64,000 bases of DNA from an uncultured Chloroflexia bacterium (GTDB taxonomy: Bacteria; Chloroflexota; Limnocylindria; Limnocylindrales; CSP1-4). The stretch covers positions 192,931 through 256,930 of the forward strand of contig CAWABZ010000008.1 in the NCBI GenBank assembly GCA_963780425.1. Reading direction: 5' to 3'. Made by a program: the position numbers and the translations under genes. Under the pieces are notes generated by a model. That model saw only the letters and a program-made list of their open reading frames with translations. It made no database searches and was not told the origin of the DNA. Shown here piece after piece: positions 1-9,980 of this stretch (position 1 is its first letter; each line of letters starts with the position of its first letter).

Positions 1-181
1 AGCCAGGCCGAACGATCTCGTCCGGATCGAGCGAGTGGATCAGCTCGAGCAGTTCGCGCCAGCCGGTCCGCTCGGCTTCGATCTCGGCGTCGAAGGGATG
101 TCCGTCCGGAACCGTGGGCTCATCCGCGCCCGGAGCCTCAGCCTCGAGGTCGATCGGCCTGGGGGTCGACGATGCGTTCAA
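1..181 (-). CDS. partial CDS (first ~60 codons, runs off window start); hypothetical, possibly a DinB-like helical-bundle protein
   Basis: Absent from the ORF track because no stop lies in the window. The minus frame from TTG 181..179 reads MNASSTPRPIDLEAEAPGADEPTVPDGHPFDAEIEAERTGWRELLELIHSLDPDEIVRPG without a stop. The TTG overlaps the TGA of the upstream gene (TTGA). The family guess is weak pattern recognition. Confidence 0.35.
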   Translation of the reverse strand, partial: MNASSTPRPIDLEAEAPGADEPTVPDGHPFDAEIEAERTGWRELLELIHSLDPDEIVRPG

Positions 182-642
182 GCTGGCACTGGATGGAGGT
201 GCGAGGCGTAGGCGCCGACCGGTTGTCGGAAGCCGACTGCGAGGCGGTTCCAGCCGTGGATCGCGACGATCGCGAGCGTCAACGCCACCAGCTCCTGGGG
301 CTCGAACTGTTGAGCGACCTCCTCGTAGATGTCGTCGGGCGCCCCGGTCTCGGACAGGAGCGTGAGGGCCTCGGTCCAGGCGAGTGCCGCCCGTTCCTGT
401 GGCGAGAACACCGGCGTTTCGCGCCAGACGGCGACGAGGTGGAGACGCTGGTCGTCCTCGCCCATCGCGTGGGCGTCCTTCGTGTGCATGTCGACGCAAT
501 AGGCGCAGCCGTTGATCTGCGAGGCGCGCAGCTTGATCAGCTCACGCATCTTCGGATCCAACGTGCTGGCGTCCACGACGCGCTCCAGCTGGACCATCGC
601 CCTCGATGCCTCGGTTAGTTCGTGTCGGTAGTCGAGTCGCAA
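178..642 (-). CDS. carboxymuconolactone decarboxylase / AhpD-like alkylhydroperoxidase family protein
   Basis: ORF 178..708. The CAYC (CxxC) motif in ...ASQINGCAYCVDMHTKDA... is typical of the AhpD fold. The likely start is TTG 642, preceded by GAAAGGGA; the longer track start would overlap the upstream gene. Confidence 0.8.
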   Translation of the reverse strand: MRLDYRHELTEASRAMVQLERVVDASTLDPKMRELIKLRASQINGCAYCVDMHTKDAHAMGEDDQRLHLVAVWRETPVFSPQERAALAWTEALTLLSETGAPDDIYEEVAQQFEPQELVALTLAIVAIHGWNRLAVGFRQPVGAYASHLHPVPA

Positions 643-655
643 GGCCTGATCCCTT

Positions 656-1393
656 TCAGTAGCCGGTGAACTCTTCGGTTCGAATGTCGTCCTCGTCGAC
701 CCCGGCATCGACGAGCATGGTTCGGAGCCCGTGGACCATGCCTGGAGGGCCCGTCAGGTAGTAGATGGCGTCGGTCACGCCGTCGAGGTGACGTCCGAGC
801 ATCGAGGCATCGATGTGGCCTCGCTCGCCCTTCCATGCGTCCGCAGCGTCCAGCCCCGACATCGTCGGAATGAAGGTGAGGTTCGGGTCCTGCCCGGCCA
901 ACTCGCGGAGCTCGTCGAGGAAAGCCGCGTCCTGCGGCCGACGATTGGCGTAGAAGACGACGACCCGATAGCGCAGGCCACCGGTACGGATCATCTCGAG
1001 CAGGATGCTCCGGAACGGGGTGATGCCGATGCCGCCGGTGAGTACGACGGCCGGCCGGGCGGCGTTGTGCAGGCGGAGATCGCCGAACGGCCCTTCGATC
1101 TTGACGGCGGTGCCGAGCGGCATCGCCTGGAGGACGCGTTTGAAGGCCGTGTCGCGCAGGCGCGTCGTGATCATGATCACCTGCTCGCTCGGTGCGCTGG
1201 AGATCGAGAATCCGCGCGTGTTGCCCTCCGCGTCGGTCTCCGGCGGATCGAGCAGGGTGATGTCGACGAACTGGCCAGCGCGATAGGTCCAGTCGCCGGG
1301 CATTGCGAAGCGGAACGCCATCGTTCGCTCAGCGACGAGCTCGCGGCCCACGAGGGCAGCCTCGAAGGTGGGCCAGGCTGCAATGGCAGTCAT
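656..1393 (-). CDS. ferredoxin-NADP reductase-like FAD/NAD(P)-binding oxidoreductase
   Basis: C-terminal 245 aa of ORF 656..1663. It carries RGFSISS (an RxYS-type FAD motif) and GGIGITP (NAD(P) motif). ATG 1393 overlaps the upstream stop (ATGA). Confidence 0.8.
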   Translation of the reverse strand: MTAIAAWPTFEAALVGRELVAERTMAFRFAMPGDWTYRAGQFVDITLLDPPETDAEGNTRGFSISSAPSEQVIMITTRLRDTAFKRVLQAMPLGTAVKIEGPFGDLRLHNAARPAVVLTGGIGITPFRSILLEMIRTGGLRYRVVVFYANRRPQDAAFLDELRELAGQDPNLTFIPTMSGLDAADAWKGERGHIDASMLGRHLDGVTDAIYYLTGPPGMVHGLRTMLVDAGVDEDDIRTEEFTGY

Positions 1394-1860
1394 TCGTCCC
1401 ACGTCCCGTCGAGGTAGGCACTGACGGTGATCGCAGCGCCGGCGAACAATCGCGAGATGGGGCAGAGGGCCTCGGCCTCGTGGACGATCGCCCTGAAGGT
1501 GTCGCCATCGAGGTCGACGATCTGACCGACCACCCGCAAGGCGGACGACACGACGGTCGGACGCCCATCGACGTCGGCCAGCGAGACCGTCGCGGTGACC
1601 TCGAGTCGCTGCGGCGTGACGTCGTGTTCGCCGAGACGAAGCGCGAGCGCCATCGAGAAGCAAGAGGAGTGGGCCGCAGCCGCGAGCTCTTCCGGGCTCG
1701 TCATTCCACGGGACCGCTGCGTCCGAGCCGCCCAGGTCACTGGCAGTTCTTCCAGGGCGCCGCTGCCCGAGGTGACGGAGCCCTGGCCGGTCCCCAGCGG
1801 ACCGGTCCAGATCGTCTGAGCCGAACGCTCCGCGATTGCTGATCGTTGCGCGATTGTCAT
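1390..1860 (-). CDS. osmC: OsmC family peroxiredoxin
   Basis: ORF 1390..1944, with MTIAQRSA... starting at ATG 1860. The TSPEELAAAAHSSCFSMAL and EALCPISR motifs contain the two conserved OsmC cysteines. Confidence 0.8.
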   Translation of the reverse strand: MTIAQRSAIAERSAQTIWTGPLGTGQGSVTSGSGALEELPVTWAARTQRSRGMTSPEELAAAAHSSCFSMALALRLGEHDVTPQRLEVTATVSLADVDGRPTVVSSALRVVGQIVDLDGDTFRAIVHEAEALCPISRLFAGAAITVSAYLDGTWDE

Positions 1861-1945
1861 GTCAATGGCTCCGTAGCCGGCGGTCATGTCTGATTGCGAG
1901 TCAAGACGACCGTATGGCTGCGCGATGAACTTGCCCGCTGACATG

Positions 1946-1962
1946 CGTGAACGGCGGATGAA
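1946..1962 (-). promoter_or_regulatory. 11-bp-phased direct repeat GTGAACggcggATGAAT (gene-sense ATTCAT-N5-GTTCAC) upstream of osmC
   Basis: Read directly from the sequence. It lies 86-102 nt upstream of ATG 1860 and belongs to the recurrent motif family described in the findings. Confidence 0.45.
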
Positions 1963-2012
1963 TAGCGCCCGGCGCGACCACCTGAACGTTCAAGGTCCGC
2001 GACACGGGCACA

Positions 2013-2039
2013 CGGCGAGGAGCACGTGCCTCCTCGCCG
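2013..2039 (-). terminator. putative stem-loop terminator downstream of gap
   Basis: Perfect 10-bp stem CGGCGAGGAG / CTCCTCGCCG with a 7-nt loop, 48 nt past the gap stop. There is no clear U-tract. Confidence 0.4.
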
Positions 2040-2086
2040 TCGCATGCCGCTAGATCGTCGACGGTCGGTGGGTCTGTGTCGCGATC

Positions 2087-3112
2087 TCACGCATGGCTGC
2101 CGACGGGCAACCGGGCGGCCACCAGGCCGATGAGGTCGGCGACGCGACAGCTGAAGCCCCACTCGTTGTCGTACCAAGCGAGGACCTTGATCAAGGTGCC
2201 GTCGATCACCATCGTCATCGAGGAGTCGATGATCGAGGATCGGCTGTCGCCCCGGAAGTCGGAGGAGACGAGCGGTTCGTCGCTGACGCCGAGGATGCCC
2301 TTCATCGGGCCAGCCTCAGCGGCGCGGAAGGCCGCATTGAGTTCGTCAACGGTGGTCGGGCGGGCGACGTCGGCCGTGAAGTCGACGATGCTGACCGTCG
2401 GTGTCGGGACGCGGAGGCTGAAGCCGTCGAACTTGCCCTCGAGCTCAGGCATGATCAGCCCGAGGCTTCTGGTCGCGCCGCTTGTCGTCGGGACGATGTT
2501 CTGAGCCGCCGCGCGGGCACGGCGCGGATCCTTGTGCGCCGTGTCAAGGAGACGCTGCGAGGTCGTGTACGAGTGGACGGTGTTCATCAGGCCGCGTTCG
2601 ATCTTCACGAGGTCGTGGACGACCTTGACCGCAGGTACCAGGCAGTTCGTCGTGCACGAGGCATTGCTGATGATGTGGTGGCGCTCTGGGTCGTACTGAT
2701 CCTCGTTCACGCCGATAACGACCGTGAAGTCGGCGCCGCTGGCGGGGGCGCTGATGATCACCTTCTTGGCACCGGCGTCGAGGTGCGCCTGGGACTTGCC
2801 CGGGTCGCGGAACTTGCCGGTCGACTCGAGGACGATGTCGACGCCGAGGTCGCCCCACGGCAACGCTGCGGGATCGGATTCCTTGAACACCTTGATCTCA
2901 CGACCGTCCACGATCAAGGCGTCATCCGTGTGATCGACGATGCCGGGATAGGCCCCGTAGGTCGAGTCGTGCTTGAAGAGGAGTGCGTTCATCCCGGCGT
3001 CGACGAGGTCGTTGACGGCGACCACCTCGACGTCCGGCGTGCGCTCGATGATTGCCCGGAGCGACTGACGGCCGATCCGTCCGAAGCCATTGATCCCTAC
3101 ACGAACGGTCAT
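2087..3112 (-). CDS. gap: type I glyceraldehyde-3-phosphate dehydrogenase
   Basis: 341 aa and intact. It has the N-terminal INGFGRIGR and the catalytic SNASCTTNC motif. Confidence 0.95.
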   Translation of the reverse strand: MTVRVGINGFGRIGRQSLRAIIERTPDVEVVAVNDLVDAGMNALLFKHDSTYGAYPGIVDHTDDALIVDGREIKVFKESDPAALPWGDLGVDIVLESTGKFRDPGKSQAHLDAGAKKVIISAPASGADFTVVIGVNEDQYDPERHHIISNASCTTNCLVPAVKVVHDLVKIERGLMNTVHSYTTSQRLLDTAHKDPRRARAAAQNIVPTTSGATRSLGLIMPELEGKFDGFSLRVPTPTVSIVDFTADVARPTTVDELNAAFRAAEAGPMKGILGVSDEPLVSSDFRGDSRSSIIDSSMTMVIDGTLIKVLAWYDNEWGFSCRVADLIGLVAARLPVGSHA

Positions 3113-3164
3113 TGTGATTCGCTCCTATCAAGTGGCTGAGATCGATCCAAGCCTCGGTCGCACG

Positions 3165-5085
3165 CTACCGGCGGGCCGTGAACGTGCCGGGCACGGACCG
3201 TGAACGCGGGATGAATGGGCGCCCGACCGGCCTGAAGGGACGCCTGATAAGGCGGTGGGCGGCGGCGGCGATTGCCGGCGCGTCGATGCCGGCCTCAGCG
3301 AGTTGTTCTTCCGGCGTCGCCGATCCGGGCATGTTTGCGACCGCGAGCCGGCTGAGTCGCGGATGCAGGTCGGCGTCCGCCAGCGCGGCGAGGACCGCTT
3401 CCCCGAGGCCGCCCTCGGGCCGGTGATCCTCGATCGTTACGATCCGGCCTGTCTCACGCGCGGCCGCGGCGATCGTGGCCGTATCAATCGGTTTGATGGA
3501 GTAGAGGTCGATGACCCGGGCGGCGATCCCGTCCGCCTCGAGGCTCTGCGACGCGGTGATCGCCTCGTGGAGGGTGATGCCGGCGCTGATGAGCGTGACA
3601 ACGTCGGAGGGGCTCGAGCGGACGACCCGGCTGCCGCCGACCGAGAACCGCTCATCTGGGCCATAGATGACCGGAGTCTTGCCACGGGTGGTCCGCATGT
3701 AGACGACACCGGGCCGATCCGCCATCGCGACGACGAGCTGGGCGGTCTGATTCGCGTCCGACGGATAGAGGACGGTGCTTCCCCAGACTGTTCGGAAGCT
3801 GGCGATGTCCTCGAGACCCATCTGGCTGGGGCCATCCGGGCCGATGCTGACGCCGGCGTGCGAGCCGCTGAGGCGGATGTTGGCGCGGCTTACCGCGGCC
3901 ATCCGGATGAAATCGAAGGCTCGGCTCCAGAACGCCCCGTAGGTCGAGGCGAATGGCACCCAGCCGCGAACCTGGAGGCCGACCGCGGCGGAGGCCATCT
4001 GCTGTTCGGCGATGTACATCTCGAAGTAGCGCTCCGGCAGGGCGGCCTCGAACAGCTCGGTGTAGGTCGAGTTGTCGACGTCGCCGTCGAGGGCAACGAC
4101 GTCGCCACGGGCACGACCGACTGCGACAAGCGCCTCGGCGTACGCTCGCCGGGTGGCCTCCATCGAGCCGACCTCGTAGCGCGGCGAGCTCGAGCTTCCC
4201 ACCTTGGAACCGGTGCGGAACCGCCTCCCCTTCCGGTTTGTGCACGGCGACCGTGACCCGCGGATGGGCGGCCGCTCCGAGCTCGTCGAGTGCCTCGTCG
4301 AAGTCGGCGAGCGGCTTCCCGTGCATACCGTTCTGGTCGGCGACGGCGCTCACGCCACTGCCCTTGACGGTCCGGGCGACGATCGCCGTCGGGCGGCCGC
4401 TCGTGGCGATCGCCTCGGCATACGCGGCATCGATCGCACTGACGTCGTGACCGTCGACCTCGATCACGTGCCAGCCGAACGCCTGTCAGTCGACGCGAAT
4501 AGACGCCGAGGTCCCAGCTATGCATCGTCTCGCGCGTCTGGCCAAGGCGATTGACGTCGATGACCGCGGTCAGGTTGTCCAGACCGGCGAACGCTGCATG
4601 TTCGAACCCCTCCCACATCGAACCCTCGGCGAGCTCCCCGTCGCCGGTCAGCACCCAGACCCGATAGGGGAGCCGATCCAGTCGTTTGCCGGCGAGGGCG
4701 ATGCCGACGGCGATCGGCAGTCCTTGGCCGAGCGAGCCGGTGGCGACATCGACCCAAGGCAGGACGGGTGTCGGGTGACCCTCGAAGCGGCTACCGCGCT
4801 CTCGGTAGGACGGAGTGCCTCCTCGTCGATCGCACCGGCGGCGCGGTACATGGCGTACAGCAACGGCGACGCGTGACCCTTGCTGAAGACGAGGTGGTCG
4901 TTTCGTGCGTCCTCGGGCGCATCGAAGTCGTACTGGAGGTACTTTTCCAGCAGGACCGCCATCAGATCGGCGGCCGACATCGACGACGTCGGATGGCCGG
5001 ACTCGGCGGCTGAACTCGCCCGGATCGAGTCGATCCGTAGCTGCCGGCCGAGGTTGGTCCAGGTCTCTTGCGTGCGGTCGTTCAT
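3165..5085 (-). pseudogene. tkt: transketolase, reading frame broken about 3 times (or assembly indels)
   Basis: The N-terminus reads MNDRTQETW...SGHPTSSMSAADL...FSKGHASPLLYA (frame of 4648..5085). It continues as FEGHPTPVLPWVDVATGSLGQG...VLTGDGELAEGSMWEG (frame of 3890..4654), then AFGWHVIEVDGHDV...HGKPL (frame of 3652..4467). The C-terminal 345 aa (ORF 3165..4202) is one open frame: ATRRAYAEAL...EMYIAEQQMASAAVG...GPSQMGLEDIA. Shifts are at about 4800, 4487 and 4203. The total length of 1921 nt is not a multiple of 3. Whether the ancestral gene was fused or split at about 4200 is unresolved. Confidence 0.85.
3178..3216 (-). promoter_or_regulatory. four 11-bp-phased units GTGAAC / GGGCAC / GTGAAC / ATGAAT upstream of gap
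   Basis: Units start at 3178, 3189, 3200 and 3211. The site is 66-104 nt upstream of the gap ATG (3112) and lies inside the last codons of the transketolase ORF. Confidence 0.45.
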
Positions 5086-5156
5086 GAGTTCGTCCTTGTG
5101 CGCTGTCGCGGGTGCCTCGAGTGATCGCGGCCTGCCCGCTGAGGTAGGCTCATTGC

Positions 5157-5441
5157 ATGAGGTCCGTCGAGCTGGTCGTCAGCAATCCCAGCGGTCTTCA
5201 CGCTCGGCCCGCCACGCTGTTCACCGAAGCCGCGACGGGCTTCGCGTCGAAGATCACGGTCGAGAACCTCAGCCGCGGCAAGGCTCCGGTCGACGCGAAG
5301 TCGACCCTGTTGTTGTTGACGGCCGGTGTCTCGCGTGACCATCGGATCCGCCTTGCCGCGGACGGTCCGGACGAGGACGCGGCGATCGACGCCCTGGTCG
5401 GCCTGGTTTCCTCGGGGCTCGGAGAACCAGCGGCAAGCTGA
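5157..5441 (+). CDS. ptsH: HPr phosphocarrier protein
   Basis: 94 aa and intact, with the active-site motif NPSGLHARPA (His15). It is divergent from tkt. Confidence 0.9.
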   Translation: MRSVELVVSNPSGLHARPATLFTEAATGFASKITVENLSRGKAPVDAKSTLLLLTAGVSRDHRIRLAADGPDEDAAIDALVGLVSSGLGEPAAS

Positions 5442-5458
5442 TCCGGAGGCGGGGCCGA

Positions 5459-7207
5459 TCACGACAGCCCCCCTTCCGCGACGAGGGCTTCGAAGCGCGC
5501 CCGGACGGCCGCCGCGGATCGATCCTCAAGCGCCGTCATCGCCGCCGGCTCGAGGTCCGCAAGACGAACGCCGCGGATCGCCCGCCGGACGGCCGGCAGG
5601 CTCGAGCTGGCCATGCTGAGCGATCGGATCCCGAGGCCTGCGAGGGCAACCGCGGCAACTGGATCCCCCGCCATCTCGCCGCAAACCGACAGGTCGATGC
5701 CGGCACGCTCGGCGGCCTCGACGGATAGCTGGATCAGCCGCAGGACACTCGGGTGGAGTGAGTCTCGATAGCGCTCGAGGCTGGCGTTGCCTCGGTCGAC
5801 CGCGACCGTGTATTGGAGAAGGTCGTTCGTCCCGAGACTGGCAAAGGCGATCCGGTCGAAGTAGGAGTCACTAACGAGGACCGAGGACGGGATCTCGAGC
5901 ATCACACCCAGGGCGACGTCGCCCATCGCGATGTTCTCCGCCGCAAGTTCGTCCCGCGCGCGCTTGGCGAGGTTCACCAGCAGGTCCACGTCGCCGGCGT
6001 CAGCGACCATGGGCGCCATGACCTTGAGGGGGCCGGCGGCGGCGGCCCGGTAACAGGCGCGCAGCTGGGTCACGAACGGGCTCGGGTCGGCGAAGGCCAG
6101 GCGGAGCGCACGAACGCCGAGGAATGGGTTGGCCTCATCGGCGATCGGCAAGTACGGGATCGGTTTGTCTCCACCGACGTCGAGCAGCCGGATCGTGACC
6201 GGGTGGGGCGCGAACGCCCGCACGACGCCCTCGTAGGCCGCGCAATTGCTCGGCTTCCGATGGCGGGCTTGACCGTTCGAGGAACAGGAACTCGGTCCGG
6301 AAGAGGCCGACACCCTGGGCGCCAAGAGCCACTGCGCTCCTCGCTATCCTCGGGTGTGCCGATGTTGGCGAGAAGGACGATCTCGACACCGTCGAGCGTC
6401 ACGGCCGGCTGAATCGCTTCGAGCAGGTCCGCTGCGTGCTGTCGCCGCTCGTCATTGGCATCGGCGTCGAGTCGTACTCGGGCGTTCTCGTCTGGATCGA
6501 CGATGACCTCGCCCGTGTTGCCGTCGATCGCGAGCTCCGTGGCCCGCCCACTCTCCCCCTCCGTGCGAAGCGTCGCAATCAGGTCGCTCGCCCCGACGAT
6601 CGCAGGAATGCCGTATGCCCGAGCCAGGATCGCGGCGTGCGCGGTGGGCGAGGAGCCCTCGAGGGCGACACCGAGGAGTCGTTCGCGCGGCAGCGTCGCC
6701 GTCACCGATGGCGGAAGATCGTCGGCGACAACGACGGCCGGCCGGTCGAGCGCTTCGCTCGCGGTGTCTAGCGTTCCACTGAGCCTTCGGGCGATCCGCT
6801 GCCCGACATCGAGCACGTCGACTGCCCGCGCCGCCAGCAACTCGTCGTCGAGCGATCGCAGCTGTTCAGCGAAGGAGCCAGCCGCGGCCTGGATCGCGGC
6901 GACCGCATCCTCGCTGGACTGCATTGATCCGCCCGACGGCCAGATCGATGAGGGCTGGATCACGAGCGATGCTCGACTGCGCCAGGAAGATCGCTGCCTC
7001 GTCGGTGTGACCGTCGGCCGTGATGCGTTCGGCGATCGCCTCGAGCTCGTCGCCCGCGGCGTTCGAGGCTGCACTTAGGCGCTCGGCCTCGCTGGAGGCA
7101 GCCTCGGGGTCGATTCGCCCACCGGCGGGAGCCGGCGTCGGGTCGATCAAGACCCAGGCTCCGCGCACCACACCAGGTGCTGCCGCGACGCCCTGCAGAC
7201 GCTTCAT
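5459..7207 (-). pseudogene. ptsI: phosphoenolpyruvate-protein phosphotransferase (PTS enzyme I), about 3 frameshifts
   Basis: Pieces lie in three frames. MKRLQGVAAAPGVVRGAW... is in 6866..7228. ...GSSPTAHAAILARAYGIPAIVG... (phospho-His region) is in 6070..7074. GAQGVGLFRTEFLFL is in 6135..6389. ...IRLLDVGGDKP...SLGTNDLLQY...CGEMAGDP is in 5459..6325. Shifts are at about 6933, 6355 and 6245. Confidence 0.9.
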
Positions 7208-7490
7208 AGCCGAACGTCCGGATGACACACCCCGGACTCGAACAGGTCGCCCAGGACGGCCGTGATAGCGACTTCGTCGGGCCCGTCAGCAGTGATCCGG
7301 ATCCGATCGCCGTTCCGGATGCCAGAACTGATGAGTGCGAGCATGCCTCGGGCGTCGATCGATGCACCGTTGCCGTCCAGGTTCTCTAGTGACACGCTCG
7401 CGGCCAATCCTCGAGGCTCGCCTGGATCCGGCGGGCCGCCCGCGGGTGCAGGCCGTATCGGTCGCGGAACACGACGTCCCTTGAGGTCAC
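7204..7490 (-). pseudogene. second HPr-family phosphocarrier, one frameshift
   Basis: From GTG 7490 the frame reads MTSRDVVFRDRYGLHPRAARRIQASLED and then hits a stop. Shifting frame at about 7405 continues as LAASVSLENLDGNGASIDARGMLALISSGIRNGDRIRITADGPDEVAITAVLGDLFESG (ORF 7204..7503). The length of 287 nt is not a multiple of 3. It is repairable by restoring one T in GATT(T)GG. The stop overlaps the ptsI ATG (ATGA). Confidence 0.7.
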
Positions 7491-7583
7491 GCTGTCGCTC
7501 CAATCGGTATGTGGACGCGGTCTTGCGTCCGAATCGCGACCGCCCGGATCATCCCGAGCGGTCGCGAAATCCGCGGAGAGGGC

Positions 7584-9089
7584 CTAGGCGGCGCTCTGCG
7601 CTTCCTGCTTGACGCTTGACGACGAGGCCGAAGCGGGCTTCCCGCCCGGCACCCAACCCGTCAGGACGTAGTGCTTCTGGAACCAGCTCGCGATCACGAG
7701 CAGACCGGCGCAGAGGACCACGATGCCGAAGGCGGCGACGTTGCCTTCGATGCGGGCGATGTTGCCGACGATGAAGCCGAACCACTGGAAGTCAGCGTCA
7801 CCGAAGGTCGTGCCCTGGAACCCGATCGCACCCATCACGGGGATCAGGAAGGCCGCGAACAGGGTGATGATCAGCCCGTTGATGAAGCCACCCGCCACGG
7901 CGCCGCGCCGTCCGCCGGTCGCATTGCCGAACACGCCGGCGGTGCCTCCGGTGAAGAAGTGCGGGATCATGCCCGGCAGGATCAGCGGGACGACGAGCGC
8001 GGCGCCAAGCCCCGCCCACAGGACGCCGAACCCGACCATGCCGCCGGCGACGCTAGCAAGGAACCCGATCAGCACGGCGTTGGGTGCGAACGGGAAGGCG
8101 ATCGGGCAGTCGAGCGCGGGAACCGCTCCCGGGATGACGCGCTCGGCGATGCCGGCGAACGCCGGCACGATCTCACCGAGGATCGTTCGGACGCCCAGAA
8201 GGATGACCGCAACACCGCCACCGAACAGCAGCGCCTGGTTGAACATCGTGGAGAGGAAGCCGAGGAAGCCACCGGCGGCGCCCGTCGCTCCGACGAAGCC
8301 GGCGTCGGTGACCGCCTGGAATGCGGCGTCCTCCCCGACCCGCAGGGCGAAGACGGTCGCCAAACCGATGTAGATGAAGATCATGGCCACGGCCGTGCCG
8401 ACCATGGGGTCGCGCAGGAACCGAAGGCCCTGGGGGAACTCCATGTCCTCGGTGCTCTTGCTGCCACGGCCCACGATCTGTCCGGTCAGGCCGGCGGCGA
8501 TGTAGCCGAGGGACCCGAAGTGGCCCATGGCGACCGGCTGGTCGCCGGTCACCTTCTTCATCCACGGCATCGTGAATGCCGGCATGATCACCATCATCGT
8601 GGCCAGGCCGAAGGCCGCCACGAGGATCTGGACGATCGGCTCGACATGGGCGTTGTACAGGACGACGGTGAGCACCGTCGCCATGAACAGCATGTGATGT
8701 CCGGTCAGGAAGACGTATCGCAACGGTGTCAACCGGGCGATGACGAGTGACAGGATGACCCCGATGAACATCGAGAAGGCGATGTTCTGCGCGACGTCCG
8801 GGATGTCATTGACGATGGCGGTGATCGCCTCATTCGTGGGGACCACGCCTGCCACGCCGAATGAGCCGGTGATGAGCGCTCCGAGCGGGAGCAAGGCTCC
8901 GATCACGGCGCCAGCGCCGATACCAAGGATGATGAAGCCAAGGGTTGCCTTGAGCGCACCGCCGACGACATCGCCGCGGCTCTTGCGAGACGCGACCAGC
9001 GCGCTCAGGGTCATCAGTCCGACGAGATAGGCGGGAATCCCGAAGATGTCCTTCGCGATCCAGTCGACTGTGTATCCAAGTTGATCCAC
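7584..9089 (-). CDS. PTS ascorbate-family (UlaA/SgaT) EIIC permease
   Basis: 501 aa, intact and polytopic. The overall pattern (LRYVFLTGHHMLF, PGAVPALDCPIAFPFAPNAV, HFFTGGTAG) matches the UlaA/SgaT family from memory. Confidence 0.85.
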   Translation of the reverse strand: MDQLGYTVDWIAKDIFGIPAYLVGLMTLSALVASRKSRGDVVGGALKATLGFIILGIGAGAVIGALLPLGALITGSFGVAGVVPTNEAITAIVNDIPDVAQNIAFSMFIGVILSLVIARLTPLRYVFLTGHHMLFMATVLTVVLYNAHVEPIVQILVAAFGLATMMVIMPAFTMPWMKKVTGDQPVAMGHFGSLGYIAAGLTGQIVGRGSKSTEDMEFPQGLRFLRDPMVGTAVAMIFIYIGLATVFALRVGEDAAFQAVTDAGFVGATGAAGGFLGFLSTMFNQALLFGGGVAVILLGVRTILGEIVPAFAGIAERVIPGAVPALDCPIAFPFAPNAVLIGFLASVAGGMVGFGVLWAGLGAALVVPLILPGMIPHFFTGGTAGVFGNATGGRRGAVAGGFINGLIITLFAAFLIPVMGAIGFQGTTFGDADFQWFGFIVGNIARIEGNVAAFGIVVLCAGLLVIASWFQKHYVLTGWVPGGKPASASSSSVKQEAQSAA

Positions 9090-9155
9090 GACACACCTCT
9101 TTTGTTGCGGCCGCAGCAGTGCGGCCGGGAATGCGCCGGCGAGTCCGGCACGGAC

Positions 9156-9428
9156 TTATCCGATGGCCGCCTTGAGCTTCGTGACCATCTCGTTGAGGTC
9201 GATGAAGTTGGAGATCGTGATGACCCTGGGCTTCACTGGCCCGAGCTGTTCCGCGAGCTCCTCTGAGGTCAGGACCAGGTCGGCGGTGGCGGCAAGGGCA
9301 CGGGCCGAGCCCATGTCTGACACCTCGACATCGGCCTCGATGCCGAGTTGCTTCAGCGCCTTCTCGGCATTCATCCGGAGGATCAGGCTGGTGCCGAGGC
9401 CCATCCCGCAAACCGCCAGGATCTTCAC
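9156..9428 (-). CDS. PTS EIIB component (ascorbate/lactose-type)
   Basis: 90 aa, with MKILAVCGMGLGTS carrying the phospho-Cys. The GTG start overlaps the EIIA stop (GTGA). Confidence 0.85.
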   Translation of the reverse strand: MKILAVCGMGLGTSLILRMNAEKALKQLGIEADVEVSDMGSARALAATADLVLTSEELAEQLGPVKPRVITISNFIDLNEMVTKLKAAIG

Positions 9429-9980
9429 GTCGGTACCTCCGAGTCCTCGAGATCGGCGGTCGGCAACGGCGCGTCGTCTTCATGACGCCGTTCGAAGGCG
9501 CCAACCAGTCGCAGCACCTCGTCGGGACCGGTAGCTCTGAGCAGTCCGACGCGGCTCTCTTCGTCCGAGAGGAACTCGGCAAGCGTGGACAGCGCCGTGA
9601 CGTGGCCCTCCTCGTCGGGCGCCGCAAGGCCGACGACAAGACGAACCGGGTCGTTCGTGCGGTGGCCGAAATCGACCGGTCGGGCGCAGGGTCACCAGGC
9701 TGATCCCGGCGTGAAGAACGGCCGGCGACGGGCGCGAATGGGCGAGCGCGATGCCCGGGGCGATCACGATGTACGGCCCAAGCTGCTCGACGGTCGCGAT
9801 CATCTCGTCCGTGTAGGCCGGCGCAGTCGCACCGCTCGTCACGAGCGCGTCGCCTGCGAGGCGTACGGCCGCCCGCCAATCGGGTGCACTGGCTCCGATG
9901 CGGATCGCCTTGACGGTCAGCAGCTGCGACAGTCGAGGTCCGGGCGTGACGTCGACGGCGGCTCGGGTCACCCTAGGCAT
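9425..9980 (-). pseudogene. PTS EIIA (mannitol/fructose/ascorbate EIIA-2 type), one frameshift
   Basis: The N-terminal part is in ORF 9480..9980 (...GPYIVIAPGIALAHSRP, the His region). After about 9685 the correct frame reads PVDFGHRTNDPVRLVVGLAAPDEEGHVTALSTLAEFL...DSEVPT and then a stop. The length is 556 nt (a multiple of 3 plus 1). Confidence 0.8.

Noticed and set aside
2093-3139. 348-aa plus-strand ORF antisense to gap. Similar long antisense or overlapping ORFs include 3255..4256, 7671..8750, 36691..38382, 38493..39566, 41810..43108, 43133..44389, 48859..50040, 54280..55581, 55892..57469, 58313..59524 and 59013..60629.
   Set aside because: Their compositions are Arg/Gly/Pro/Asp-rich with no motifs, and each lies opposite or out of frame to a gene with strong family signatures. 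These are the typical GC-driven shadow ORFs of a high-GC genome.
4194-4210. Interpreting the tkt N- and C-terminal parts as a natural two-subunit (split) transketolase
   Set aside because: This is not adopted as the primary call. The N-terminal frame has no stop near the junction and would overlap the C-terminal ORF by about 550 nt. The junction sequence (...AVPHRF / SSSSPRYEVG...) also resembles fused actinobacterial enzymes. It remains possible, so it is noted in the feature.
9106-9125. 8-bp GC hairpin (CGGCCGCAgcagTGCGGCCG) between EIIB and EIIC, as an internal terminator
   Set aside because: It sits inside an operon whose flanking genes are functionally linked, and it has no U-tract. It is more likely an incidental GC palindrome built around a GCGGCCGC core.
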